Below are positions 38,110-47,838 of a stretch of DNA of 64,000 nucleotides, in pieces (within the stretch, counting starts at the first letter, position 1; every line of letters begins with the position of its first letter). The DNA comes from Bdellovibrionales bacterium. Its GTDB lineage: Bacteria > Bdellovibrionota > UBA1018 > CAIMNF01. The notes under the pieces were generated by a model, which was not told the DNA's origin, did not search any database, and saw only the letters and a list, made by a program, of their open reading frames with translations. The stretch covers positions 222,930-286,929 of the forward strand of contig JAFEAO010000006.1 in NCBI GenBank assembly GCA_018266375.1, in the 5' to 3' direction. Both the position numbers and the translations under genes were made by a program.

Positions 38110-38538
38110 CTAAGCGGCTCCGCCTGCGACAGCGAGACGGCGTGAGTTTCCGCCTGCTCCCGATCGGGCGACCGAGTTCAATACTTTCAGCACTTCTTCC
38201 GTAACGAATGGTTTTACAATGTAGTCCTTGGCGCCGGCGTGGATCGCTTCGGTCACGAGGTTCTCCTGCATCATCGCGGAGAGGACGACGATCTTCGCGT
38301 CGCTGTCGATTTGTAAAATATCTTTGGTCGCTTGCACGCCGTTTTTGGACGGCATCACGAGATCCATCGTCACAATGTCGGGTTTGGTTTCGGCGTAGAG
38401 ACGTGAGGCTTCATCGCCGTTTTCGGCTTCGCCGACTACGCGAAATCCGTGCGAGGTTAAGATTTGTTTCAGCGTTTTGCGGATGTAAGGAATATCATCC
38501 ACGATCAAAACGGTAATTTGCTTATTCAAGTCATTCAT
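38110..38538 (-). CDS. CheY-like single-domain response regulator
   Basis: REC domain (VLIVDDIPYIRK, DIVTMDLVMP, KDYIVKPF) plus a Gly/Ala-rich C-terminal tail. Confidence 0.8.
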   Translation of the reverse strand: MNDLNKQITVLIVDDIPYIRKTLKQILTSHGFRVVGEAENGDEASRLYAETKPDIVTMDLVMPSKNGVQATKDILQIDSDAKIVVLSAMMQENLVTEAIHAGAKDYIVKPFVTEEVLKVLNSVARSGAGGNSRRLAVAGGAA

Positions 38539-38583
38539 AAAACTCCATCCGTACGAGAAAAATGCCTGGCCCTATAGCTAATT

Positions 38584-39870
38584 CTACGCGTCGTGCGGGA
38601 TTCTTTCAATGCTGACGCTGTCGATTCTGCGAGCCGTGGCTTCACGGACGATGAAGTGAATTTGGCCCGCTCGAGTGTCAAAAAACAGTTCGTCACCGGC
38701 ATCCGGAATGCGGGAAAATTGACGGAGTAAGAACCCGCCGATGGTGTCATAATCGCCTTCAGGGAGATCGAGATGGAGTTCTTCGTTGATGTGGGTCATC
38801 GACGTATTAGCTCTTACGATCCAGCGATGATCGCCCGCCGGCCGAATGAGGCGTGACTCCGGATCGTCTTCATCGTGAAGATCACCGACGATCTGTTCGA
38901 AGATGTCTTCTCTCGTCAAAATACCGACAGCCCCGCCGTATTCGTCGACCACGATGGCAAGTTGCATATCTTGGTGAATCATCTCGTTCAGGATGTCCTC
39001 GAGCTTTTGTGTCTCAGCGACGTACAACGTCGGCTTGATAAAACGCTCCACCGGCTGGTTGACGTCGTTAGCGCGGATCACGTGGAAGAGCTCCAGCGTG
39101 CCCACGATATTGTCGATCCGATCGTCGTAAACGGGTAGACGGGAGTGCTTCTTTTCGTGAAAAATTTGATAGGCGCTGCCCAAGCTCGAACGCTTCTCGA
39201 CGGCGTCGACCTTCACGAGCGGAAGGTAGCCATCTTTCGCGATCTTGTCGCGAAACTTCAGGATCTTCTTAATCAAACGTTTTTCGTTCGACGAAATCTG
39301 TGTATCGTTCGAATCCGAGGTCAGGAGTACTTGCAAGTCGTCTTTCCCGGTATTTTTGCCGAACCACAAACGTTCAAGCGGTTGAATAGCCCTGGTGATC
39401 TGGGAAGTGTAGAGATTGGTCAAAAACAAGATCGGCGAGAGGACTTTCTGAGTGTAGAAAATCGGGATCGCCACTTTCGACGCGAAGAAAGACGAGAACT
39501 TGCGGTAAAAGAATTTCGGGATGAGTTCGCCGAACAGAATAACGACCGTAGAACCCGCGGTTACAGCCATCCACTCGCCGTGTTCGCCGAAGAGCCGGCG
39601 GAACTCAATCGTGAGCGCTACCGACGTCGCCATGATCGTCGTGCTTGTCATCACTAGGGTGGTGGAGAGAATTTGCTCGGGGTGCTTCAGCATGCGGAGG
39701 GCAAGCTGCGCGCCGAAGTCGCCTTTTTTGCTGCGTTTACGAAGTTGCAGTCGATCGGCGGAGAGGAGGGCGAGCTCGGAGCCCGAGTAAAATCCTTCGA
39801 TCACGACCATGATCGCGACGATCGAAATGATCAGCGTCGAAAATTCGCCGAGTTTAGAGTAGTCGCTCAT
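38584..39870 (-). CDS. CNNM/HlyC-CorC family transporter (DUF21, CBS pair, CorC_HlyC)
   Basis: N-terminal DUF21 TM domain, CBS pair, C-terminal transporter-associated domain. Confidence 0.8.
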   Translation of the reverse strand: MSDYSKLGEFSTLIISIVAIMVVIEGFYSGSELALLSADRLQLRKRSKKGDFGAQLALRMLKHPEQILSTTLVMTSTTIMATSVALTIEFRRLFGEHGEWMAVTAGSTVVILFGELIPKFFYRKFSSFFASKVAIPIFYTQKVLSPILFLTNLYTSQITRAIQPLERLWFGKNTGKDDLQVLLTSDSNDTQISSNEKRLIKKILKFRDKIAKDGYLPLVKVDAVEKRSSLGSAYQIFHEKKHSRLPVYDDRIDNIVGTLELFHVIRANDVNQPVERFIKPTLYVAETQKLEDILNEMIHQDMQLAIVVDEYGGAVGILTREDIFEQIVGDLHDEDDPESRLIRPAGDHRWIVRANTSMTHINEELHLDLPEGDYDTIGGFLLRQFSRIPDAGDELFFDTRAGQIHFIVREATARRIDSVSIERIPHDA

Positions 39871-40838
39871 TCTTCGAACGCCTCCTCGATCAACGAATCC
39901 AAAATGTCCTGGATTGAAATCATACCGATAATCTTGTTTTGAATGTTTTTAACGAAGGCGACTTGCACCTTTTTAGACTTCATTTTACGGAAAAGCGCGT
40001 CGATCGAGAGATTTCCGGAGACGATGAGCGGTTCTTTCGCGAGCGTCATGACGGACTCTTCCTTGGATTCCGCGCGCACGCGGACTTCGATGAGGTCCTT
40101 GGTGTTCAATACGCCGACGATGTCTTCTTTGAACTTGCCGGAGATTGGCACGCGCGAGTAGGGGTGTTCTTTCAAGAGCTGGGCCGCGGCTTGTTCAAGC
40201 GTGTAGTTCGACGGGATCGTGATGATCTTTTTCATCGGGGTGACGACTTGCTCGACGCTCACGTCGTCCATCTCGAATACGTTTTTAATCAGCTCGAGCT
40301 CGGTCTCATGCAGGTGACCGGTCTCGGTGTGCTCCTCGGCCAAAATGATGAAGTCGTCTTCCTGAAGTTGATGGAGTTCCTTGATCGCCTGCTTTGGAAT
40401 AAACCACTTAAACAGACCCGCAATCGGTTTGGCCAAAATATAAAACGGATAGACAATCGGAAGGAAGAGCGACACGATGAGTGAGTTTGCGCGCGTCGCG
40501 AGCACCTTCGGGGTGATCTCACAGCAGATCAGAATCACCGGCGTCGTGATAATGACCCCGAACAAGATCTGCATGCGGTAGTCGAGACCGAGCGGTTCGA
40601 TGACGTGACTGGTAATGATCGAACCGATCGCGATGTTCACGATCTCGTTAAAAAGCAGGACGGTGATTAAAATCCCGAACGAGTCGTGGATCAGCGTCCG
40701 AATCCGGCGGAAGAGAGGCTCGGAGCGGTCTTTGATCTTTTTGAGCTGGACGCGCGATAACGAGAAGAGGGCGATCTCGCTCGCGGAGAAAACAAAAGAG
40801 CAAGACATCAACGCGATACAGAGGACCAGTGTGTTCAT
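39867..40838 (-). CDS. DUF21-CBS (CNNM-family) membrane protein, paralog lacking the CorC_HlyC tail
   Basis: Same DUF21 and CBS architecture. ATGA overlap with the downstream paralog. Confidence 0.75.
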   Translation of the reverse strand: MNTLVLCIALMSCSFVFSASEIALFSLSRVQLKKIKDRSEPLFRRIRTLIHDSFGILITVLLFNEIVNIAIGSIITSHVIEPLGLDYRMQILFGVIITTPVILICCEITPKVLATRANSLIVSLFLPIVYPFYILAKPIAGLFKWFIPKQAIKELHQLQEDDFIILAEEHTETGHLHETELELIKNVFEMDDVSVEQVVTPMKKIITIPSNYTLEQAAAQLLKEHPYSRVPISGKFKEDIVGVLNTKDLIEVRVRAESKEESVMTLAKEPLIVSGNLSIDALFRKMKSKKVQVAFVKNIQNKIIGMISIQDILDSLIEEAFEE

Positions 40839-40952
40839 GGCGGCAGCTCAAATTATCGCATATGCCTCATAAATACTCAAAAATACGAAGGCCCGAGTCA
40901 ATCCAATGACCCAGGCCCTCATTTGAGTACAACTACATCATAAATGTTTAAA

Positions 40953-43451
40953 TTACGCGGAGCGCTTAGCTTGTTTAGTCATCACGGATTTCGCTACCGC
41001 AGGTTCGGCAGCCGCCACGGGCTTCTGCTTCTTATTGCTCTTGGTAGGACGAGTTTCGTGGACGTCGGAGCTGTGTACGGTGTGAGTCGTTTCGACCGGG
41101 GTCACCTTGTGAGAGAGAGCGACTTCCAAAACTTCGTCGATTGACTTCACCGGCACAAAGGTCACATGCTGGCGGACTTCTTCCGGAATCTCTTCGAGAT
41201 CCTTCTTGTTTTTGTCAGGGATGACTACGGTCTTGATTCCGTGTCTCATCGCTGCAAGAGCTTTCTCCTTCAAGCCGCCGATCGGAAGCACGCGGCCGGT
41301 GAGGGTGATCTCACCAGTCATCGCGACATCGCGACGGATCGAGATACCGGTCAAGCGCGAGATCATCGCGGTCGCCATCGTGATACCCGCGGACGGACCG
41401 TCTTTCGGGATCGCGCCTTGAGGAAAGTGGACGTGAATGTCCGTTTCGCTCAAAGTATCCGGATTGATGCCGAAGTCGGCTGCACGCCAGCGGATGAGGC
41501 CGAGAGCCGCTTGTGCGGACTCTTTCATGACGTCGCCCAGTTGCCCGGTCAACAGCATGCCGCCTTTGCCACGAGTCGTAGCGGTTTCGACGTACAAGAT
41601 TTCTCCACCGACCGAAGTCCAGGCGAGGCCGGTTGCGATACCGATTTCATCCTTGTCTTGCTCTTCTTCGCGGGTGTAGACCGCGGGTCCGAGGAACTTC
41701 GCTACCACGTCCGAGGTGATAGTTGTGGTTGATTCAGTGCCTTCGGCCACCTTGCGCGCGGTCTTGCGGCAAACGCTACCGATCAAACGCTCGAGGTTAC
41801 GGAGACCCGCTTCGCGAGTGTAGTTTTCGACGATGGAGCGGATACCGTCGTCGGTGAAGGCGATGTGATTCGGCTTCAATCCGTTCTCGGTCGTTTGTTT
41901 TGGAATAAGGTACTTGTTAGCGATGAAGTATTTTTCTTCCTGAGTGTAACCCGCAAGTTGAATCACTTCCATACGATCACGGAGAGCAGGTGGGATCTGG
42001 CTAAGGTCGTTACAAGTCGCGATAAACATCACGTTTGTAAGATCGATCGCTACGTTAAGGTAGTGATCGCGGAACGCATAGTTTTGTTCCGGGTCGAGCA
42101 CTTCGAGGAGTGCCGCGCTTGGATCGCCTTTGTAGTCCGCGCCCATCTTGTCCAACTCATCGAGGATGAAAACAGGGTTATTTGTGCCTGCTTGTTTCAA
42201 GCCTTGAATGATACGGCCTGGGAGCGCGCCGACGTACGTACGGCGGTGACCGCGAATTTCGGCTTCGTCCTTTACGCCGCCGAGAGAGATCCGCACGAAT
42301 TCACGGCCCAAAGCGCGGGCGATTGATTTACCGAGAGAGGTTTTACCTACACCCGGAGGGCCCGAGAAACAAAGGATCGGACCCTTCATGTTGTCCTTGA
42401 GCTTGCGAACCGCCAAGAACTCCATAATACGTTCCTTGATTTTGTCGAGTTTGTAGTGGTCGTCGTCCAAAATCTCCATCGCATGGTCGAGATCGAGGTT
42501 GTCCGGGCTTGATTTACCCCAAGGGGTATCAATCATCCACTCAACGTAGGTACGCATCATCGATGCTTCCGAACTTTCAGGGTGCATGCGCTCCAAACGT
42601 TGGAGTTGTTTCAAGCACTCTTGCTCGACATTTGGCGGCATCTTAGAAGAGAGAATCTTCTCGCGAAGCTCGTTAATTTCTTCACCCTTCGGATCGCCGT
42701 CGCCGAGTTCATTCTTTATTTGCTTCATCTGTTCGCGAAGGAAGTACTCCTTCTGGGATTTTGAAATTTCGTCTTTGGTCTGAGAGCGGATCTTCGCTTG
42801 GATGGAAAGCACTTCCGTCTCTTTGTTCAGGATTTCGTTGATCTTCTTCAATTTGTCGAATGGATCGTGGATCTCGAGAACTTCCTGGGCTTGGCTCACT
42901 TTAAGACCGAGGTTGGAAGACACGAGGTCAGCCATACGGCTAGGATCTTGAATGTCTTCGAGAACCATCATGATATCCGGAGCGAGGACTTTACCGAGAG
43001 AGATCACGCGCTCAAGTTGTTCCTTGATCGTGCGCATGAGTGCTTCGGCTTCCGATTTCTTCTCGCCGAGGGCGTTCTCCTGGATTTGATCCACTTGAAC
43101 TTCATAATAAGGGGCTGTTTGTGTGAACTTCTTGATACGCGCTTTGCATAGACCTTGGGTCAGGATCTTGATGCGGCCGTCCGGCAGTTTGCGCATGCGC
43201 ATGATCATCGCGACTGTACCGGTTTCGTAAATACCTTCCGGAGACGGCTGCTCGTCCGCAATATTTTTTTGTGATGATAAAAAGATCAAGCGATCTGTTT
43301 TTGAAAGCGCTTCCTCTACGCTTCTAATCGAAGAATCACGGCCCACGAAAAGTGGGATGATCATGTAGGGGAAAACAACGATATCTCGAACTGGGAGCAT
43401 TGGCAGTGTTTGAGGGATCTCAATTTGTTCGCCGTCGTAGTTAGTGACCAT
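40953..43451 (-). CDS. lon: ATP-dependent Lon protease
   Basis: LON N domain ([23 protein letters not shown]), AAA+ Walker [10 protein letters not shown], catalytic Ser region [11 protein letters not shown]. Has a 40-aa Lys-rich C-terminal tail. Confidence 0.95.
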   Translation of the reverse strand: MVTNYDGEQIEIPQTLPMLPVRDIVVFPYMIIPLFVGRDSSIRSVEEALSKTDRLIFLSSQKNIADEQPSPEGIYETGTVAMIMRMRKLPDGRIKILTQGLCKARIKKFTQTAPYYEVQVDQIQENALGEKKSEAEALMRTIKEQLERVISLGKVLAPDIMMVLEDIQDPSRMADLVSSNLGLKVSQAQEVLEIHDPFDKLKKINEILNKETEVLSIQAKIRSQTKDEISKSQKEYFLREQMKQIKNELGDGDPKGEEINELREKILSSKMPPNVEQECLKQLQRLERMHPESSEASMMRTYVEWMIDTPWGKSSPDNLDLDHAMEILDDDHYKLDKIKERIMEFLAVRKLKDNMKGPILCFSGPPGVGKTSLGKSIARALGREFVRISLGGVKDEAEIRGHRRTYVGALPGRIIQGLKQAGTNNPVFILDELDKMGADYKGDPSAALLEVLDPEQNYAFRDHYLNVAIDLTNVMFIATCNDLSQIPPALRDRMEVIQLAGYTQEEKYFIANKYLIPKQTTENGLKPNHIAFTDDGIRSIVENYTREAGLRNLERLIGSVCRKTARKVAEGTESTTTITSDVVAKFLGPAVYTREEEQDKDEIGIATGLAWTSVGGEILYVETATTRGKGGMLLTGQLGDVMKESAQAALGLIRWRAADFGINPDTLSETDIHVHFPQGAIPKDGPSAGITMATAMISRLTGISIRRDVAMTGEITLTGRVLPIGGLKEKALAAMRHGIKTVVIPDKNKKDLEEIPEEVRQHVTFVPVKSIDEVLEVALSHKVTPVETTHTVHSSDVHETRPTKSNKKQKPVAAAEPAVAKSVMTKQAKRSA

Positions 43452-43600
43452 TCTTTGCCTCCAAGGCTGTTGTACTCAAGAACAAATCGGAGTTGCCTTG
43501 AGATACCTTTAGGGAATTGTTATTAAAAGGGTATTTAGACTAAAATGATCAAGAATAGAAATTTGACAGAAGATCAAAGACTTCTACAATTAGAGATACG

Positions 43601-44266
43601 ATGAAAATGGAAAATCTCTACGTTTTGCTGGGATTAGCGATGATCTCCAGCTGTGCACCTTCTTCGAAAAACACCCGCGTTGTAAAGCCGGATGCTCCGG
43701 AAAAAGCGCCAGAAATCCCGACAAAGGCCTATCCTGAGCGGGCTAAGTTTGAGGTGGAATGTAAGTACGGGGAGCAATCTTTTTCGATTGATTTCGAGTC
43801 CAAAAGCGGGGATCTCAAAAACAAGGATATGAGCGTGATCGCGAAGTTCAAAAGCGACGACGCTGACACCGAAGTTCCGCTCAAACTCGCACCCGCAACC
43901 TATCGCGCGGTCGATACGAGCGGACTGAAAAGCATCTGCGATGGCGTGCCAGCGTTTCAAATCGAAAATACCCCGCAATTCCTGTTCGTTTTTAACGTCG
44001 ATCAAAGGCCGCAGTTCCCGGAAACTTCTCTCGTGCTACTCGACGTCGCGAAAAAACGCGTGGTCAACAAGCTCGAGCACATCGGCCAACTGAAAACCAC
44101 AGATGTTCCGAAATATCAAATTATTCCAGCTCAAAACGGCTTTCAAATGCGCCTGATCCGTAACCTCGACAAAAAAACCGAGGACTGGAAATGGATTATT
44201 GTTAAAAAAGGAATGCTCACCGCTAAGTGGATGAGTGGCGGAGGCAGGAAGTCAAAAGCGTATTAA
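43601..44266 (+). CDS. Lipoprotein, hypothetical
   Basis: Lipobox LGLAMISSC. No recognisable domain. Confidence 0.5.
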   Translation: MKMENLYVLLGLAMISSCAPSSKNTRVVKPDAPEKAPEIPTKAYPERAKFEVECKYGEQSFSIDFESKSGDLKNKDMSVIAKFKSDDADTEVPLKLAPATYRAVDTSGLKSICDGVPAFQIENTPQFLFVFNVDQRPQFPETSLVLLDVAKKRVVNKLEHIGQLKTTDVPKYQIIPAQNGFQMRLIRNLDKKTEDWKWIIVKKGMLTAKWMSGGGRKSKAY

Positions 44267-45245
44267 ACGCTTCAAACGGCGGCGCTTCGAAACACATTTC
44301 TTTACCCGTAATCGGATGCTTGAAGCCTAAAACACGGGCGTGAAGCGCTTGACCCGGCAGTTCCTCGATCGCGGCTTGAACCAATTTCGGAAGATTTTTC
44401 CACTTGGGTTGACTACTCGCCGGCGTGCCGTAAACCGGGTCGCCCATGATCGAATAACCAAGGTGATTTAAGTGCACGCGCACTTGGTGCGTACGGCCGG
44501 TTTCGAGCGCGGCCTCGATCAACGAACCGAACGGCGTCTTGCTTGGAACCGCAAACTCGCGCTCGAGTTCGAAGTGTGAGATCGCCTCGCGTCCGTCGGT
44601 GACGTTGACGGACATTTTTTTGCGATCGCTCGGGCTGCGGCCGATCAAGGTTTTTACCGTCTGGCGTTCGTGCCAGCGAGGCGAACCATAGCAAATTGCC
44701 CAATATTTACGTCGAATATCGTGTTTTGCAAAGAGTTTGGAGAGCCCGAGGTGGGCCTCGTCGTGTTTTGAAATCACGAGTGCGCCACTCGTGTCTTTAT
44801 CGATGCGATGGACGATGCCGGGGCGGAGTTTGCCGCCGATACCGGAAAGATCCTTGATGTGGTAAAGAAGCGCGTTCACGAGGGTGTGCTCTTTTTGCGT
44901 TTCGCTCGGATGTACCGTGAGTCCAGGTGGTTTATTGACGACGACGAGGTGCTCGTCTTCATACAAAAGCGGTACCGGAATATTTTCGGGTTTGAGTTCG
45001 ATCCCGACCGGATCCGGGAGAAAGACCTCAATCATCGCGCCCGTTGCAACCGGGTCCTTGGCGCGGATCGGACGTGAGTCGATGAGGATCCCACCGTTTT
45101 CGATCAAACGCTGGACTTGCGAGCGCGAAAGATGATCCAAACCTTCTTGTTCGCTAAACAGAGCGGTCAGGTAGCGGTCGGCGCGAAGGCCGAAATCAAC
45201 GTCCTGACTCGACAGATCTGCGGTAAGCGCGAACTTCTTGGGCAC
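44223..45245 (-). CDS. rluD: RluA/RluD-family 23S rRNA pseudouridine synthase
   Basis: S4 domain N-terminus and catalytic HRIDKDTSGALV motif. Confidence 0.85.
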   Translation of the reverse strand: MPKKFALTADLSSQDVDFGLRADRYLTALFSEQEGLDHLSRSQVQRLIENGGILIDSRPIRAKDPVATGAMIEVFLPDPVGIELKPENIPVPLLYEDEHLVVVNKPPGLTVHPSETQKEHTLVNALLYHIKDLSGIGGKLRPGIVHRIDKDTSGALVISKHDEAHLGLSKLFAKHDIRRKYWAICYGSPRWHERQTVKTLIGRSPSDRKKMSVNVTDGREAISHFELEREFAVPSKTPFGSLIEAALETGRTHQVRVHLNHLGYSIMGDPVYGTPASSQPKWKNLPKLVQAAIEELPGQALHARVLGFKHPITGKEMCFEAPPFEAFNTLLTSCLRHSST

Positions 45246-45345
45246 ACTTGCTTTTACCTCAATGAAATTGATTTAAAAAGTGGACAATGTAGTATATTGT
45301 TGACTAATTTAGTATTGTATTATATTTTATTGCTGGTATAAAAGC

Positions 45346-46137
45346 ATGGAATTTCGACAGCTCATTGGATTGCTATCATTACTTGCATCATTAACGGTTC
45401 ACGCCGGTAACATAGATTACTGCATTAAAAGTTATACCAATCAGATGGAGCTTCTCGATTCGAGTGAGCAAATTCTAAGGGCGATTGAAGAGAGTGAGAG
45501 CTCAACACTACATGAGTTAGGACTCCACTTAAGGCAGGGTTTGCATTTTGCAGAATCCGAAGTATCACAAAAGTATCGAAGTACATATGAATGGGAACTT
45601 GGCAGTGCTTTCGTCAACGCCCGTGACCTCGTCAAACTTCAGAGAACCGGCGCCTCTGAGCGCGAACTTGAAGAGTTTTTGAATCTCTTTAGAACCGATA
45701 TTTATAAGAACATGGAAGCTTATCGGCAGAAGCCGGTGGCCGCGTTCGATAACGACGATCCTCGGATGCCAGCTGCAACGTTTTATAGGATTGACGGGCT
45801 TGAAACGTCCCAGATGCCTATTTTTACAGCCTGTAAGCTTGAGGGATTTCAAAGGTGGCTCGGAGGACTAGGTAAAACCGAAGTATTGGCTGTGAATCAC
45901 AGACTCCGAGTGATTGCCGAGCGAGCTCATTTGGGTACGACGAGATCAGTGACGACCGGAAAGTCTGTAGGTCTCCATGAGATTAAAATTGACGTCGGCC
46001 CAGGTTTAAGAATCTACTACATACAAAGAAACAACTCGTTCGTGATCATGTTTTACGGCGACAAAGGCTCACAAGATTCTGATATCCGCAAAGCGGTGAT
46101 TAACGCATCCGCGTTTCTTGCCATGCAGTCTCAGTAA
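45346..46137 (+). CDS. Protein with a C-terminal Gp49/HigB-like (RelE/ParE superfamily) toxin domain and a signal-peptide-like N-terminus
   Basis: The C-terminal about 105 aa (GLHEIKIDVGPGLRIYYIQRNNSFVIMFYGDKGSQDSDIRKA) match the Gp49/HigB addiction-module killer pattern. The N-terminus MEFRQLIGLLSLLASLTVHA is hydrophobic. An internal Met at 45814 would give a 107-aa standalone toxin. Confidence 0.5.
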   Translation: MEFRQLIGLLSLLASLTVHAGNIDYCIKSYTNQMELLDSSEQILRAIEESESSTLHELGLHLRQGLHFAESEVSQKYRSTYEWELGSAFVNARDLVKLQRTGASERELEEFLNLFRTDIYKNMEAYRQKPVAAFDNDDPRMPAATFYRIDGLETSQMPIFTACKLEGFQRWLGGLGKTEVLAVNHRLRVIAERAHLGTTRSVTTGKSVGLHEIKIDVGPGLRIYYIQRNNSFVIMFYGDKGSQDSDIRKAVINASAFLAMQSQ

Positions 46138-46138
46138 C

Positions 46139-46750
46139 TTAAGCTTTATCCGGACTGCCGGCTTTCATGCGGATGATGTACTTCGAGATCATCTGATCGT
46201 TCGGGAGTTTCAAGCGCTTCGCGATTTGCTGTAAGAAGCCGCGGCAGTACACGACCGCCGGGAGTTTTTTGTAGTCTTCGTCCTCGATCGCTTGGAGGTA
46301 AGCTTTCGAGATACGGGTGAAATCAGCCAAGTCCTCGAGCGTGATCTTGCGCGCTTCACGAATCCGGCGAATCGCGGAACCGCTCCAGTCTTGCTCGCTC
46401 TCGACCAGAAGTTCGACGTCCGATGAATCGTTCGATATTGACGACACGGTCGACGAGTAAGTCGGCATCGGAGTAGTGTATGCTCTGCCTTGATGAGTGA
46501 GACCTTGTGATGAATCGTAAGTCTTGCGCTTTTCAGGGTTCGAGAGAGTAAGGTAAGCATTTTCGATGCGCTGGAGCATCTGATCCGTTTCTTCGCGAGA
46601 GAAGAGGGTGTAGTGAGCGATGCTTTCCTTGTTGTACGCCGATTTCAGGCGCAGGTAGGCCGAGCGGATTTCTTGCGGGGTCGCATCCGGTGTCAGTTCA
46701 AGGGTGTCGTAAAGGCTAGATGGATCGTCATTCAAGTTCACTGCTAACAA
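46139..46750 (-). CDS. J-domain protein with a C-terminal RodZ-like HTH (HTH_25)
   Basis: N-terminal J domain (YDTLELTPDATPQEIRSAYLRLKSAYNKES...KRKTYD, HPD replaced by NKE). C-terminal XRE/RodZ-type HTH (ITLEDLADFTRISKAYLQAIEDEDYKKLPAVVYCRGFL). Confidence 0.6.
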   Translation of the reverse strand: MLAVNLNDDPSSLYDTLELTPDATPQEIRSAYLRLKSAYNKESIAHYTLFSREETDQMLQRIENAYLTLSNPEKRKTYDSSQGLTHQGRAYTTPMPTYSSTVSSISNDSSDVELLVESEQDWSGSAIRRIREARKITLEDLADFTRISKAYLQAIEDEDYKKLPAVVYCRGFLQQIAKRLKLPNDQMISKYIIRMKAGSPDKA

Positions 46751-46762
46751 AATTTTATCGAA

Positions 46763-47794
46763 TTACTCGTTCAACGTCTGTTCAATTCTCGCATGTTTAA
46801 GCAGATAATTGCAGATGCGATCCACATGCGTGGCAATCCGCGATTGAGGATGCTCTGCCAAGAACGGGCGCATTTTGCGAACCGACTGCCAAACATTTGG
46901 CTCATATTCAAGATAACCCAGGTAGTCGAGATCGATTCCGAAGTATTTTTTTGCGACGCTCTTCATCGAAAAGCCGACGTCAATGTCGGTTTGCGAGCGA
47001 GTTTGGTTCAAAACGAGCTTCGGTTTGAAGTCCTTTATTGAACGCTTGAGCTCGCCAGCGAGCTCGGGATTCTGGAAATTTACTTCGTTTAAGAGGTCCG
47101 AGGGCGATTGAATGCCGAGTTGGTTGTTCGGGATCATTGCCGCTTCAATCATTGGCTGAATGGATTCAAAGCGAGAATTCGAGTGGAGGCGGTGATAGTA
47201 AACCGCTTTCAAGAATCGATAGGCGTTTTCAATCGAGGTGGGTTCCGGAAGTACGGTTACGATACCGACTTGAGCGATATTGAAAAAGTCGAGAGTGTAC
47301 TGGCTGGTGCCGGCGCCGAGATCGAGAATGATAAACTGAGCCGGAAGACCCCGGATCTGATTGATCAGCATTTTCTTTTTTTCTTCGGTGATTTGAGTGA
47401 TTTTCAAATCGTCTTTAGCTCCGCCGATCATTTTAAGATTTGGATACTGAGTGTCAACGATGCATTCGACGAGATCGACTACGTTGCCGCTCAGGAAATC
47501 GGAGACGCACTTTTTAGGGGGAGTCTGTCCGAGAACGGTGTGGAGATTTGCGCCTCCCAAGTCCAGATCGATCGCGATCGTTGTGAACCCGTGTTTTGCT
47601 AGATCAAACGCGAGCGATGAGGAGACCAAAGATTTGCCAACGCCGCCTTTTCCGCCCCCAATTGCCCAAATTTGTTTTTGAAACTGATGTCCCCGATATT
47701 GCGAGTGCAAAGATGCCCAAATCCCTTTATTTTCCGACGTGTTGGTGTTTGTTTCCATCCTAGAAACCCCTATATAAATAGCGTAAGTTAGCAT
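46763..47794 (-). CDS. MinD/ParA/FlhG-family P-loop ATPase
   Basis: Deviant Walker A IGGGKGGVGKS, Walker B ILDLGAG. Confidence 0.7.
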   Translation of the reverse strand: MLTYAIYIGVSRMETNTNTSENKGIWASLHSQYRGHQFQKQIWAIGGGKGGVGKSLVSSSLAFDLAKHGFTTIAIDLDLGGANLHTVLGQTPPKKCVSDFLSGNVVDLVECIVDTQYPNLKMIGGAKDDLKITQITEEKKKMLINQIRGLPAQFIILDLGAGTSQYTLDFFNIAQVGIVTVLPEPTSIENAYRFLKAVYYHRLHSNSRFESIQPMIEAAMIPNNQLGIQSPSDLLNEVNFQNPELAGELKRSIKDFKPKLVLNQTRSQTDIDVGFSMKSVAKKYFGIDLDYLGYLEYEPNVWQSVRKMRPFLAEHPQSRIATHVDRICNYLLKHARIEQTLNE

Positions 47795-47838
47795 GCGTTA
47801 TTGTCAAGGGAGAAGCCTCTGGTATACTGAGTCTAAAC

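Noticed and set aside
41166-43151. Plus-strand ORFs (41166-41732, 41865-42326, 42798-43151) inside lon
   Set aside because: Antisense to a highly conserved Lon protease. No independent support.
43452-43600. CIRCE/HrcA or sigma-32 heat-shock element upstream of lon
   Set aside because: No TTAGCACTC-N9-GAGTGCTAA element is present. Only a weak CTCAAG-N16-CTTGAG inverted repeat (about 43472-43500) was seen, which is insufficient for a call.
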